From contig CACPDT010000001.1 in the NCBI GenBank assembly GCA_902632665.1, positions 29,172 through 93,171 on the forward strand: a DNA stretch of 64,000 bases, written 5' to 3'. Shown piece after piece: positions 9,411 through 19,160 of the stretch (positions are counted from its first letter, which is position 1; every line of letters begins with the position of its first letter). A program made the position numbers and the translations under genes. This DNA is from an uncultured Pelagibacteraceae bacterium (lineage in GTDB: Bacteria > Pseudomonadota > Alphaproteobacteria > Pelagibacterales > Pelagibacteraceae). The notes under the pieces were generated by a model. The model did no database searches and was not told where the DNA came from. It was given only the letters and a program-made list of their open reading frames with translations.

Positions 9411-11807
9411 TTAAGCGACCATGCTTTCTGCTTTTTGTAAATCAACAGCCACAAGCTGACTTATTCCTTTTTCAGGCATGGTGACGCCATAAAGTCTATT
9501 CATTTTTGACATTGTCAAAGCATGGTGAGTAACAATGATGAATTTGGTATTTGTAATTTTTATTAGTTCTTCAAGTAAGCCACAAAATCTTGTTACATTG
9601 GCATCATCTAAAGGTGCATCAACCTCGTCCAAAACACATATAGGCGAGGGGTTAGTTAAAAAAACTGCAAAAATCAAAGATAGTGCAGTCAAAGCCTGCT
9701 CACCACCTGACAATAAAGTTATCGACTGGAGTCTTTTTCCAGGAGGACTTACTAACATTTCCAAACCAGCTTCTAAAGGATCATCGGAGTCAACCAATTC
9801 AAGCTTAGCATTTCCACCATTAAATAATTTTGTATAAACCTCATTAAATTTTCTATTTACCTTATCAAATGCCTCAATGAGTCTTTCCCTTCCTTTTTGA
9901 TTTAATTCATTAATACTATCTTTAAGTTTTATAATTGCTGTAACTAAGTCTGCTCTATCTTGTTCCATTTTCTTAATTTCTGTTTCGTACTTTACAGTCT
10001 CTTCATCGGCCTTTAGGTTAACTGAGCCTAATTTTTCTCTCTCTTGTTTTTTTTTATCCAATAAGTCTTCTTGATTAACAGCATCAGGCAGTTCTTCGAC
10101 ACCAAATAAATTTGAATTTTCTAAAATGTTTTCTTCTGTAAGATTTAACTCAGAAATAACTCTTTCAACTAAATCATTTTTTCTTTTTTTTAGTCCCTCA
10201 ATTGTTGCCCCTGAACTTGCTTTTCGTTCTCTTATCTGAATAGATTGTTCTTGTATTTCGTTTAGTTGATTTCTAAGAGTGTCAATTTTTTCATCTGTGG
10301 TATTGATAATTTGCTCATTTTCATTTTTTTCATTTTCAGAAATTCTTAAATTTTCTGAAATTTGCCCTTTTTTTTCAGCCTGAAATTTTGGTTGATTATC
10401 AAGTTTATCTCGTTGCACATTAAGTTTATTTTTTCTATCACTTAATTCTGCTAACATTTTTTCCGAATTAGATAAAAGATTTTTCCAACTCTCGATCTCT
10501 TTATCAATTATTGCAATTCTCTCATTTCTTTTGACAGACTCTCTTTTGATATTTTGATTTTTACTATAACTATCTGCGTATTCTTCAATGACAAATTGGC
10601 AATCATCTAGTGATTTAATTGCATCATCATTTTGTTGTGAATTAATTAATTGTTTTATTTTATCGATTTCTGATTTTAATTTATTCCTGCTATTTTCCAA
10701 ATCTTCATTCGATTGTTTCTCAGTTTGATAATATTTAGAGTCAATTTCAATAAGCTCACTTTTTTCTTCTTTTAGTCTTTTTTCATTTGAGTTTGCATCA
10801 ATCACTATTCCTCTTTCCCTACTAATATCATCATCAATTGTTTGTAGAGATTTTTTTACGTTTTCTATTTCGTCTTGAATTCTACTATTTTCCTCATCTA
10901 GACTTTTGAGCTCTAAGTTTAGCCTTTGTATCTTTGATAAATTTTCAATATTTTTTTCTCGTAGAGGAGTTATTTTATCAACCTCAGTTTTAATAAGTTT
11001 CTCTAATTCGTTAATTCTATAATTAAAACCACTGACTTCACTTTCTGCCTCTGTATTAATTTCATTTTCTATTTTAATTTCTTTATCGATCTCTATTAAT
11101 TTTAGATAATATAGTCCTGCTTCAATTTTTTTTATTTCATCAGAAATATTTTTGTATTTTGTAGCCTCTTCAGCTTGTTTTTGTAAATTTGCTAATTGCC
11201 TTTCCTGTTGCCTTCTTAATTCATCAGCTCTCTTTAAATTATTTTCTGCAGCGCTCAATCTTAGTTCAGCTTCATGTCTTCTGACATGTAACCCAGAAAT
11301 TCCTGCAGCTTCCTCTAAAATTGCTCTTCTATCAGTAGGTTTTGCAGTAACTAGGGCACCAATTCTGCCCTGACTAATCATTGATGGGGAGTGAGCTCCA
11401 GTTGATAAATCTGCAAAAAACATTTGAGCGTCCCTCGCTCTAACTTCTTTATCATTGATATAAAACTTCGAACCTTTATCTTTTTCTATTTTTCTTCTAA
11501 CATTTATTTCATCTAACTCTCTAAACTGCACTGGGCCCTCGTTATTTTCATTTGCAACAGTTACCGAAACTTCAGCAATATTTTTTGAAGGTTTGTTTGA
11601 TGTTCCTGAAAATATAACATCTTCCATACCTGATCCTCGCATGCTTTTTGCAGATGTTTCACCCATTACCCATCTCAAAGACTCAACAATATTTGATTTA
11701 CCGCAACCATTTGGGCCAACAATACCCGTCAAACCATTTTCAATTAAGAAATTAGTTTTATCTGCAAATGACTTAAATCCATTGAGTTGGATTTTTTTAA
11801 ACTCCAT
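9411..11807 (-). CDS. smc: Chromosome segregation SMC ATPase (short, apparently hinge-less)
   Basis: GFKSF, Walker A GPNGCGKSN, signature LSGGEQ, Walker B LDEVD, long coiled coils. Confidence 0.93.
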   Translation of the reverse strand: MEFKKIQLNGFKSFADKTNFLIENGLTGIVGPNGCGKSNIVESLRWVMGETSAKSMRGSGMEDVIFSGTSNKPSKNIAEVSVTVANENNEGPVQFRELDEINVRRKIEKDKGSKFYINDKEVRARDAQMFFADLSTGAHSPSMISQGRIGALVTAKPTDRRAILEEAAGISGLHVRRHEAELRLSAAENNLKRADELRRQQERQLANLQKQAEEATKYKNISDEIKKIEAGLYYLKLIEIDKEIKIENEINTEAESEVSGFNYRINELEKLIKTEVDKITPLREKNIENLSKIQRLNLELKSLDEENSRIQDEIENVKKSLQTIDDDISRERGIVIDANSNEKRLKEEKSELIEIDSKYYQTEKQSNEDLENSRNKLKSEIDKIKQLINSQQNDDAIKSLDDCQFVIEEYADSYSKNQNIKRESVKRNERIAIIDKEIESWKNLLSNSEKMLAELSDRKNKLNVQRDKLDNQPKFQAEKKGQISENLRISENEKNENEQIINTTDEKIDTLRNQLNEIQEQSIQIRERKASSGATIEGLKKRKNDLVERVISELNLTEENILENSNLFGVEELPDAVNQEDLLDKKKQEREKLGSVNLKADEETVKYETEIKKMEQDRADLVTAIIKLKDSINELNQKGRERLIEAFDKVNRKFNEVYTKLFNGGNAKLELVDSDDPLEAGLEMLVSPPGKRLQSITLLSGGEQALTALSLIFAVFLTNPSPICVLDEVDAPLDDANVTRFCGLLEELIKITNTKFIIVTHHALTMSKMNRLYGVTMPEKGISQLVAVDLQKAESMVA

Positions 11808-11815
11808 GGTTTAAC

Positions 11816-12391
11816 TTATATCAGTTTTTCTAATGTTTTTTTTAAATTTTTATAATTAAGAGATTTTTCAAACTTTTCGTTATTAATTATTATCGTAGGA
11901 GTGGAATTAACTTTAAAATTTTTTGTCCCCTCGATTCGATCATTTAAGACATAATCCTCTATTTCTTTGTTATTAATACATTTTTCAAAATCAATATCGA
12001 ACCCAGCATTTTTTAGAAATTCTTTTAAATTATTATTTATTTCTTCTATTTCCTTACCTTTTATCCAAGCTTGTTGATTGGAATAAAGTTTTTCCAAAAT
12101 TTCTAGGCTTTGATCTTTTTTACAAAGTGAAATTTTTGAAGCATTTAAAGCAGCAATATCTAAAGGAAAGTGTCGAAATTCTATTTTGACTAGTCCTGTG
12201 TCTATGAAATCTTTTTTAAGAGATGGGTAAACATCTTTATGAAAATTTGCACAGTGGCTACATGTTAGAGACTCGTAGACAATTATGGTAATCTTTGCAT
12301 TTTGATTTCCTGAAACTATCCTCTTTATTTCTGCGCTAGCACCAGTGCTTAATCCAAAAATTAGTATTAAAAATAGAAATAATTTTTTCAT
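11816..12391 (-). CDS. DsbA-family thiol-disulfide oxidoreductase
   Basis: Signal peptide, CSHC, FRHFPL, STPT. Confidence 0.9.
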   Translation of the reverse strand: MKKLFLFLILIFGLSTGASAEIKRIVSGNQNAKITIIVYESLTCSHCANFHKDVYPSLKKDFIDTGLVKIEFRHFPLDIAALNASKISLCKKDQSLEILEKLYSNQQAWIKGKEIEEINNNLKEFLKNAGFDIDFEKCINNKEIEDYVLNDRIEGTKNFKVNSTPTIIINNEKFEKSLNYKNLKKTLEKLI

Positions 12392-12876
12392 TTTTCTTTA
12401 AAAACTTTTGTTAATTCAATCAATGAATTTTTGATTTGCTCATTTTTAACATCATTAAGTTTATTTTTATATTTATTGTTTGTCACAGGTTTATTCTCAA
12501 TTATCTTTTGATTATCTATTTTATTTTCATCGTTAAAACTTGTAAATTTAATCCGTTTTACAACTTCATCTTTAAAAAAAGCATTCATTCTATCCATAAT
12601 TTCTTTTTTTGAATATTCTAACTCAACTTCATGACCTCTTTGCACCATTATTAAGAGCGTGCTTACACTGAACTTGTTTGTATTCTTAAAAGATTTTGGA
12701 TAACAAACTTTAAATAATTTTTCACCCGCTATATATCTCCAATTATTAAGCGTTTCAGAATAAATTTGACCTCTTTTATTTATTACTCTCCTAACGTTTG
12801 TTGGTAAAGTGTCTTTAAGAGATCTTAATCCTTGAATGCTACCACCTCTCTGCTTAAAATATTTCTTAAATTGCAT
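12388..12876 (-). CDS. DUF721/DciA family protein
   Basis: W..IAG, MDRMNAFF...VKRIKF pattern; conserved mutY-DUF721-dsbA-smc synteny. Confidence 0.7.
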   Translation of the reverse strand: MQFKKYFKQRGGSIQGLRSLKDTLPTNVRRVINKRGQIYSETLNNWRYIAGEKLFKVCYPKSFKNTNKFSVSTLLIMVQRGHEVELEYSKKEIMDRMNAFFKDEVVKRIKFTSFNDENKIDNQKIIENKPVTNNKYKNKLNDVKNEQIKNSLIELTKVFKEK

Positions 12877-13857
12877 ATGAAAGAACAAATATTAACAAAA
12901 AAAATTCTTAATTGGTATGATTTTAATAAGAGAAAATTGCCTTGGCGAAAAAAAATCTCACCTTCAAAAAAACAATATTATACGTTATTAAGTGAATTTA
13001 TGTTGCAACAAACTCAAGTTGCCACAGTCATTCCATATTTTAATAAATTTATTAAACAAATTCCAAATTTTCATAGTCTTGCAAAAGTTGAAAATAGAAA
13101 ACTTTTAAAACTTTGGGAGGGACTTGGTTATTATTCTAGAGCAAGAAATTTAAAAAAAACTGGAAAAGTTGTAATCAAAAATTTTAATGGAAAACTTCCA
13201 GATAATTTTGAGGAATTAATTACATTGCCTGGTGTCGGAAATTACACTGCAAGTGCTATTTTAGCAATTGCATTCAACAAACCATACATCCCACTAGATG
13301 GAAATATCGAAAGAGTTTTAAAAAGATATCTTTATTTGAAAAAACAAAGTGAAATACAAAAAGAAAATCTTATAAAAAAAAAAGATATTTTTGGTAAATC
13401 ATTAAGATCAAGTGATTATGCTCAAGCGCTAATGGAATTAGGAGCATTAATTTGTAAGCCAAATAATCCAGTTTGTTCTCAATGTCCTGTAGCTGAGAGT
13501 TGTAAATCTTACAAAAAAAAAGATTTTAGCATTACGAAGAACAATAAGAAAAATAAAGATAAATATTTTATACTTCAGGTTTATAAAAAAAAACAAAGAT
13601 ATTTATTAATAAAAAATACTAAATTTAATTTTTTAAAAAATTTAAAGATATTTCCAATGGAGGAAACGTCCAAATCAAAAAATTTCAATAAAAATATAAA
13701 TTTCAAAATGTCTAATATGAATATGAACATTAAAATTCAATATTTAAAAAAATATGAAAAATTTAAGTCACCACATTGGATAGATGAAAAAAAATTAGAC
13801 AACTACATGTTGCCCTCATTTACAAAAAAAATTGTAAAATTTTTAGAGAAAAATTAA
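12877..13857 (+). CDS. mutY: A/G-specific adenine glycosylase
   Basis: RKLPWR, SEFMLQQTQV, WEGLGYYSRARNL, HhH LPGVG, Fe-S motif C-x6-C-x2-C-x5-C. Confidence 0.96.
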   Translation: MKEQILTKKILNWYDFNKRKLPWRKKISPSKKQYYTLLSEFMLQQTQVATVIPYFNKFIKQIPNFHSLAKVENRKLLKLWEGLGYYSRARNLKKTGKVVIKNFNGKLPDNFEELITLPGVGNYTASAILAIAFNKPYIPLDGNIERVLKRYLYLKKQSEIQKENLIKKKDIFGKSLRSSDYAQALMELGALICKPNNPVCSQCPVAESCKSYKKKDFSITKNNKKNKDKYFILQVYKKKQRYLLIKNTKFNFLKNLKIFPMEETSKSKNFNKNINFKMSNMNMNIKIQYLKKYEKFKSPHWIDEKKLDNYMLPSFTKKIVKFLEKN

Positions 13858-14999
13858 TGAAGAAAGTTGCTATTATTGGAGCTGGTATTTCAGGATTATT
13901 TATTGCTAATTTATTCAATAAAAACTCAGATTATCAAGTGGTAATTTATGAGAAAAATAATTCGATTAATCTTGAGGAAGGTTATGGAATTCAATTATCC
14001 GTTAATAGTGTGAAGCTTTTAAATGAAATTGAATTTAATAAATTTGAAAATGCAAGAAAGTTTAATCCAAAAAAGATTATTTTTTTTTCATCTAAAAACT
14101 TCAAAAAGATATGTGATTTGAATATCTCTGATTTTAATTCAGAGAACTGTCAGTACACTACTTTGAAAAGATCTGATTTAATAAATTTTTTGAAAAAGGA
14201 TATAGAAAATTTAATTAAATTTAATCATAATGTTTCGAGTATAAATAAAGAAAATCATAAAATTCAACTTACTTTTGAGAACAATGAAATTTTTGAATGT
14301 GATTATTTAATCATTTCAGATGGAGTTTTTTCAAAAAGTAGAAGTTTGATTTCCAATAATAAAAGTCAACCAAAATACAACAACACATTAGCGATCAGAG
14401 GAAAGATAGCAAATTCTTCCAAACTCGATAATGAAAATATTTCATTATTTTTAGGCTCTGATTTTCATCAGGTAATTTATCCAGTAACTCAAAATGGAGA
14501 CTTAAATTTTATAGCAATTATGAAGTATGAACTTACTTTAGAACAACAAAAAAATTATTCTTTATTCAAAGAAAATTCTTTTATTAGAAAAGTTTTAGAA
14601 AAGGTTCCTAAAGAAAATAAAGAATTTTTTGATAAAATTAAGGAATTAAAAATATTCCCAGTATTTGTTAGTAAGGACTTTTTTAAAACAAATAATAGTA
14701 AAATTAATTTTATAGGTGATGCTTTTTTTGCTTTTCCACCTTCATTTGCTCAAGGGGCATCTCAGTCCATAGAGGGTGCTTATGAATTATATAAAAGTAT
14801 AGAAAATAACTCAGAAGGAAATTTCTTTAAAAATAGAGTCATTAAAACTAAAATGGTTACTAAGAGATCTAAACTAAATCAATTCGCATTTCATTTATCT
14901 AATCCTGTGGCTATTTTTTTTAGAAATATTTTTTTGAAAAAATTTATTAAAAACAAAAAGTTTTTAGATTCTTATTTAGGTAAAATTTATAATAATTAA
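13857..14999 (+). CDS. FAD-dependent monooxygenase (salicylate hydroxylase-like)
   Basis: IIGAGISG, DG motif, IGDA..P..AQGASQSIE. Confidence 0.85.
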   Translation: MKKVAIIGAGISGLFIANLFNKNSDYQVVIYEKNNSINLEEGYGIQLSVNSVKLLNEIEFNKFENARKFNPKKIIFFSSKNFKKICDLNISDFNSENCQYTTLKRSDLINFLKKDIENLIKFNHNVSSINKENHKIQLTFENNEIFECDYLIISDGVFSKSRSLISNNKSQPKYNNTLAIRGKIANSSKLDNENISLFLGSDFHQVIYPVTQNGDLNFIAIMKYELTLEQQKNYSLFKENSFIRKVLEKVPKENKEFFDKIKELKIFPVFVSKDFFKTNNSKINFIGDAFFAFPPSFAQGASQSIEGAYELYKSIENNSEGNFFKNRVIKTKMVTKRSKLNQFAFHLSNPVAIFFRNIFLKKFIKNKKFLDSYLGKIYNN

Positions 15000-16066
15000 T
15001 TTTTTGAAATTAATCTTTGTCTTAAATTATCTATTGGCACTATTTGCCCATTAAGATTGCAATGCCAATAAGTCCAGCCATTACAACTTTCTGCTCCCAA
15101 TATTGATGCAGCTACCTTGTGAATTGAGCCCTCTTTTTTTGCATGTTTTATACTTCCATCAGCCATAATTTTTGCACTAATTTTCTTTTTATTATCAAAA
15201 ATAGTAGTGCCTGGTTTAATTATTCCTAATTCAACCAATGATCCAAAAGGTATTCTTGGCTTAGATCTACCATTTTGCAAAGTATCTAAATAATCATCTT
15301 CTATAGTTTTTGTATTTTTTAGTCGTTTTTCAGCTGCCTTATAATAGGTTTTTTCTTTTTCAATTCCGTAATAATTTCTACCCAATTTTTTTGCAACTGT
15401 TGCTGTTGTTCCTGATCCTAAAAAAGGATCTAAAACTAAATCATTTTTATTTGAGGTTGCTAATAAAATTCTGTGAAGTAGAGCCTCAGGTTTTTGAGTA
15501 GAATGAACTTTTTTACCATTCTTTTTAAGTCTTTCAGAACCATTACAAATCGGTAACTCCCAGTTCGATCTCATTTGAAGATCATCATTTAAACATTTTA
15601 AAGATTGATAATTAAAAGTGTATTTTGATTTTTCTGATTTTGATGCCCAAATCAACGTTTCATGTGCATTAGTAAAACGTGTCCCCCTGAAATTTGGCAT
15701 GGGATTTTTTTTATTCCAGATGACGTCATTTAAAATCCAAAAACCTAAATTTTGGATAGCGGTGCCAACTCTAAAAATGTTATGGTAACTGCCAATCACC
15801 CAAATAGCTCCATTTTTTTTTAAAATTCTTTTACATTCTGTTAGCCACGAGTAGGTAAATTCATCATACTTTTTAAAATTTTCAAATTGATCCCATTTAT
15901 CATTGACTGCATTTACCTTAGACCTGTCGGGTCTTATTAGCTCATTTCTTAATTGTAAGTTGTAAGGAGGGTCAGCAAAAATTAAATCAAAAGTCTCACT
16001 AGGGATTTTTTTAAGTTCCCTTAAACTATCTCCATTTATTAATTTATTTTTTAAATCTAAATTCAT
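14996..16066 (-). CDS. ccrM: Cell-cycle-regulated GANTC adenine methyltransferase
   Basis: FADPPYNLQL, PMPNFRGTRFTNAHE, HSTQKPE, DPFLGSGTT, C-terminal CNGWTYW. Confidence 0.95.
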   Translation of the reverse strand: MNLDLKNKLINGDSLRELKKIPSETFDLIFADPPYNLQLRNELIRPDRSKVNAVNDKWDQFENFKKYDEFTYSWLTECKRILKKNGAIWVIGSYHNIFRVGTAIQNLGFWILNDVIWNKKNPMPNFRGTRFTNAHETLIWASKSEKSKYTFNYQSLKCLNDDLQMRSNWELPICNGSERLKKNGKKVHSTQKPEALLHRILLATSNKNDLVLDPFLGSGTTATVAKKLGRNYYGIEKEKTYYKAAEKRLKNTKTIEDDYLDTLQNGRSKPRIPFGSLVELGIIKPGTTIFDNKKKISAKIMADGSIKHAKKEGSIHKVAASILGAESCNGWTYWHCNLNGQIVPIDNLRQRLISKN

Positions 16067-16084
16067 TTTATAAAAAATAAATTA

Positions 16085-16133
16085 GACTCCAAAAAGATTC
16101 TTGGGTCAACCTAGGATTGAATTATTTGGATTC
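16085..16133. promoter_or_regulatory. Three GANTC sites in the ccrM promoter region
   Basis: GACTC 16085-16089, GATTC 16096-16100, GATTC 16129-16133. Confidence 0.6.
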
Positions 16134-16186
16134 CATTTGTATGATGGTGGTTCACAACAACTACATCTGGTGTTTCTACGTGAAAC

Positions 16187-16747
16187 CTATTTTAACTTGC
16201 TAATTGGTGAAAAGGTTTTTCTATGGTGAGTAGTAATCCCAAATTTTTTTATAGCTTTAAGATGTTGTTTAGTTCCATATCCATAATTTTTACTCCAGTA
16301 ATAATTTTTAAATTTCTTACCTAACTTAGAGATCATTTTATCACGTGTAACTTTTGCTATGATTGATGCTGCAGAAATAGATGGTATTTTTTGATCACCT
16401 TTAATGACTGATTGAAGTTTATAATTTTTTAAATTTGGTGTTTTATTTCCATCGACCAAAATCAGTTTTGGTTTTTTTTTGAGTTTTTTAATTGCTCTTT
16501 CCATAGCCAATAGACTTGCATGAAGAATATTTATTTTTTCAATTTCTGAGACAGAAGCTTTACCTGTGGCCCAAATAGAGTTTTTTTTAATGTATTTAGC
16601 TAAAAATTCTCGTTTATTTTTTTTTAAACTTTTTGAGTCTTTCAATAACTTCTTATTGATGGTCTTGTTCAATATTACAGCTGCTGCATAAACAGGTCCA
16701 ATTAAGCTACCCCTGCCAACTTCATCAACTCCAGCAATAGTTTTCAT
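16187..16747 (-). CDS. rnhB: Ribonuclease HII
   Basis: AGVDEVGRG, DSK, KGD..SISAASIIAKVTRD. Confidence 0.97.
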   Translation of the reverse strand: MKTIAGVDEVGRGSLIGPVYAAAVILNKTINKKLLKDSKSLKKNKREFLAKYIKKNSIWATGKASVSEIEKINILHASLLAMERAIKKLKKKPKLILVDGNKTPNLKNYKLQSVIKGDQKIPSISAASIIAKVTRDKMISKLGKKFKNYYWSKNYGYGTKQHLKAIKKFGITTHHRKTFSPISKLK

Positions 16748-17463
16748 TAAATCCTAATATTTAAATCTTGAATTTTTTGTTTAATTTTTTTTAGATCTTC
16801 CCATGAAAATTTTTTATTTTCTGGAAATCTAATTAGATAGGAGGGGCTAAAAGAAATCATGATAGGAATAGTTTTGTTCTTTAAAATTATTTCTTTCCAC
16901 TTACCCCTTTCATTAGATATTTTGCTTAATCCTGTAATTGCCTCCATTGCTGTGCTGCCCATTAAAATTAAAATTTTTGGATCTATTATCGCAATGTGTT
17001 CTTTTAAAAATATTGCATAACGTTTTATCTCCTGTGCAGTGGGTTTTCTATCCTCAGGTGGTCTGTAATTAATTGAATAGGTAGTGTAAATATTTTCTCT
17101 TTTTATATTAATTGCTAGTAACATTTTGTTTAAGAGATTACCCACTTCTCCTTGAAAGCATAAACCTGTTTTATCTTCTATTTCGCCTGGAGTTTCTCCA
17201 ATTAACATCACATCAGCATTAATGTTACCTTCGCCCAGGACCAAACTTTTAGAATTATTTTTTAAATTACAATTTTCAATTGAATTAATCTTTGTTTTAA
17301 GATCATTCAGCAATCCATTTTTACTAATTGAAGTTTCTTTATTTTCAGCTGTGTCGACTTTAAATCTATTGATTGGTTTATCGCTAAAAATAAAATCAGT
17401 TTCAATTGTTTTCATGAATTCTTGAGCATATTTAGCATTTTGATTTAAAGTCTTTTTAATCAT
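16747..17463 (-). CDS. Uracil-DNA glycosylase family 4-like (degenerate motifs)
   Basis: MLIGETPG, RPPEDRKPT, SPSYLIR. Confidence 0.8.
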   Translation of the reverse strand: MIKKTLNQNAKYAQEFMKTIETDFIFSDKPINRFKVDTAENKETSISKNGLLNDLKTKINSIENCNLKNNSKSLVLGEGNINADVMLIGETPGEIEDKTGLCFQGEVGNLLNKMLLAINIKRENIYTTYSINYRPPEDRKPTAQEIKRYAIFLKEHIAIIDPKILILMGSTAMEAITGLSKISNERGKWKEIILKNKTIPIMISFSPSYLIRFPENKKFSWEDLKKIKQKIQDLNIRI

Positions 17464-17474
17464 ACAATGTAGTA

Positions 17475-19160
17475 ATGGTTCTTAAAAATATAAAATTTAT
17501 ACTTATTATATTATTATTTTATCAGAACACTTTGTTTACGAAAAGTAATTCTTTTGAAAAAATTGACTCAAAAAATTTATCAAAATATTTTTCAGGTATA
17601 GTTGCTTTTGGTAATAAAAAAAATTCTGAAGCTCTAGATTTTTTTAATTCATCTAAAATTTTGATTAATGCTCATGATCCATTTTTAAAAAGGTATGTAT
17701 CTTCATTGGTATTGGAGAATAAAGTATTGCAAGCAATTCAAATTATTAAACAAAATTATGAAAATGAAAATATAGATTTTTTCGACTCTTATTTATTATT
17801 AATAATTGATAGTTTAAAAAAAAATGAGTTAGATATTGCCTATGAATACATTTCTATTGCAAATAACTTTGCAGAACAGGATAGGTTTAATTTAGCAATT
17901 ATAGAGAGCTTAAAACAATATGTTTATCTCTTTAAAGAAAAAAAATTTTTAGACGATAAGAAAAACTTTGGAAGACTATCTTATATTTCAGAAACATTTC
18001 AAAAGTGTTATTTAGATGATCCTAATACAGGTAGATATTTCTCAAAATTGATAAATGATCCTGAATCGGATTTTACCAGATATATCTATTTTTATATAAG
18101 TTACTTAGTTGAAAACAATAATTTAAACGAAGCAAAAGTAATTACTGATGAAATAGAATTTTTAAATTCAACATTGCTACTATCACAAGGCAAAAGTTGG
18201 ATTGACAATGGAAACTTGCAAAAATTTGAAGAGGTTTTTTCATGTAAAAATCAAAATGATTTAATTGCTGAATTTTTGTTTTTAATATCAAATCTGTATT
18301 CTGCACAAGACAATTACGAGATGTCAAATTTTTACTTAAATTTATCAAATTTTCTTAATCCAAGATTTGTATTTAATTTATCACTAGTTGCGGAAAATCA
18401 TTATTTTAATAAAGATTATGAAAAGGCAAAAAAGGTTCTTAAAAAATTTAAAAAGGATGATGATTTTTACTATTGGTTTAGATTAAAAAAAGAAGCGCAA
18501 ATAATTTCAGCGCAGAGAAATAATCAAGAGTCTCTTAACTTTATTAAATTTAATTTTGATAAAATTGAAAATCCAAATGAAAAAATATTATTTGATGTTG
18601 CTAATTTTTACAAAAAAGCAAAAAATTACGAAGAAGCAATAAGATATTACTCTAAAATTATTGAAAATTTGGATGATAATTCGGATATCAAGTCAGATAT
18701 TCTTTATCGAAGAGGAGGTACATATGAACGAATTAAAAATTATGAAAAAGCCGATAAAGATTTAATTGATGCACTCCAAATTACACCTGACGATGCTTAT
18801 ATACTTAATTACCTTGCTTATTCATGGCTTGAGAGGGATTATAAAATTAATGAAGCAATTAAAATGCTTGAAACAGCCTATGAACTTGAGAGTGATGATC
18901 CATATATAATAGACTCTATTGGTTGGGCTTATTATTTAACTGATGATTATCCAAGAGCTGAAAAATTTTTGAAAAGAGCAGTAGAATTAATGCCAGATGA
19001 TCCGATAGTGAATGACCATTACGGCGATATTTTGTGGAAGCTCAATAGAAAAATCCAGGCTAGATATTTTTGGACCAATGTATTGAAAATGAAAGATACT
19101 GAAAAAGAATTAATTGAAAAAATTAATATTAAGATGATCGAAGGTCTTAAAAGCTCTTAA
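17475..19160 (+). CDS. Tetratricopeptide-repeat exported protein
   Basis: Signal peptide, LNYLAYSW, YIIDSIGWAYY, DHYGDILW; upstream of ispE. Confidence 0.88.
   Translation: MVLKNIKFILIILLFYQNTLFTKSNSFEKIDSKNLSKYFSGIVAFGNKKNSEALDFFNSSKILINAHDPFLKRYVSSLVLENKVLQAIQIIKQNYENENIDFFDSYLLLIIDSLKKNELDIAYEYISIANNFAEQDRFNLAIIESLKQYVYLFKEKKFLDDKKNFGRLSYISETFQKCYLDDPNTGRYFSKLINDPESDFTRYIYFYISYLVENNNLNEAKVITDEIEFLNSTLLLSQGKSWIDNGNLQKFEEVFSCKNQNDLIAEFLFLISNLYSAQDNYEMSNFYLNLSNFLNPRFVFNLSLVAENHYFNKDYEKAKKVLKKFKKDDDFYYWFRLKKEAQIISAQRNNQESLNFIKFNFDKIENPNEKILFDVANFYKKAKNYEEAIRYYSKIIENLDDNSDIKSDILYRRGGTYERIKNYEKADKDLIDALQITPDDAYILNYLAYSWLERDYKINEAIKMLETAYELESDDPYIIDSIGWAYYLTDDYPRAEKFLKRAVELMPDDPIVNDHYGDILWKLNRKIQARYFWTNVLKMKDTEKELIEKINIKMIEGLKSS

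Noticed and set aside
14996-16066. Adenine methyltransferase as part of a restriction system
   Set aside because: It has CcrM-specific motifs and core rnhB synteny, and no cognate nuclease is nearby.
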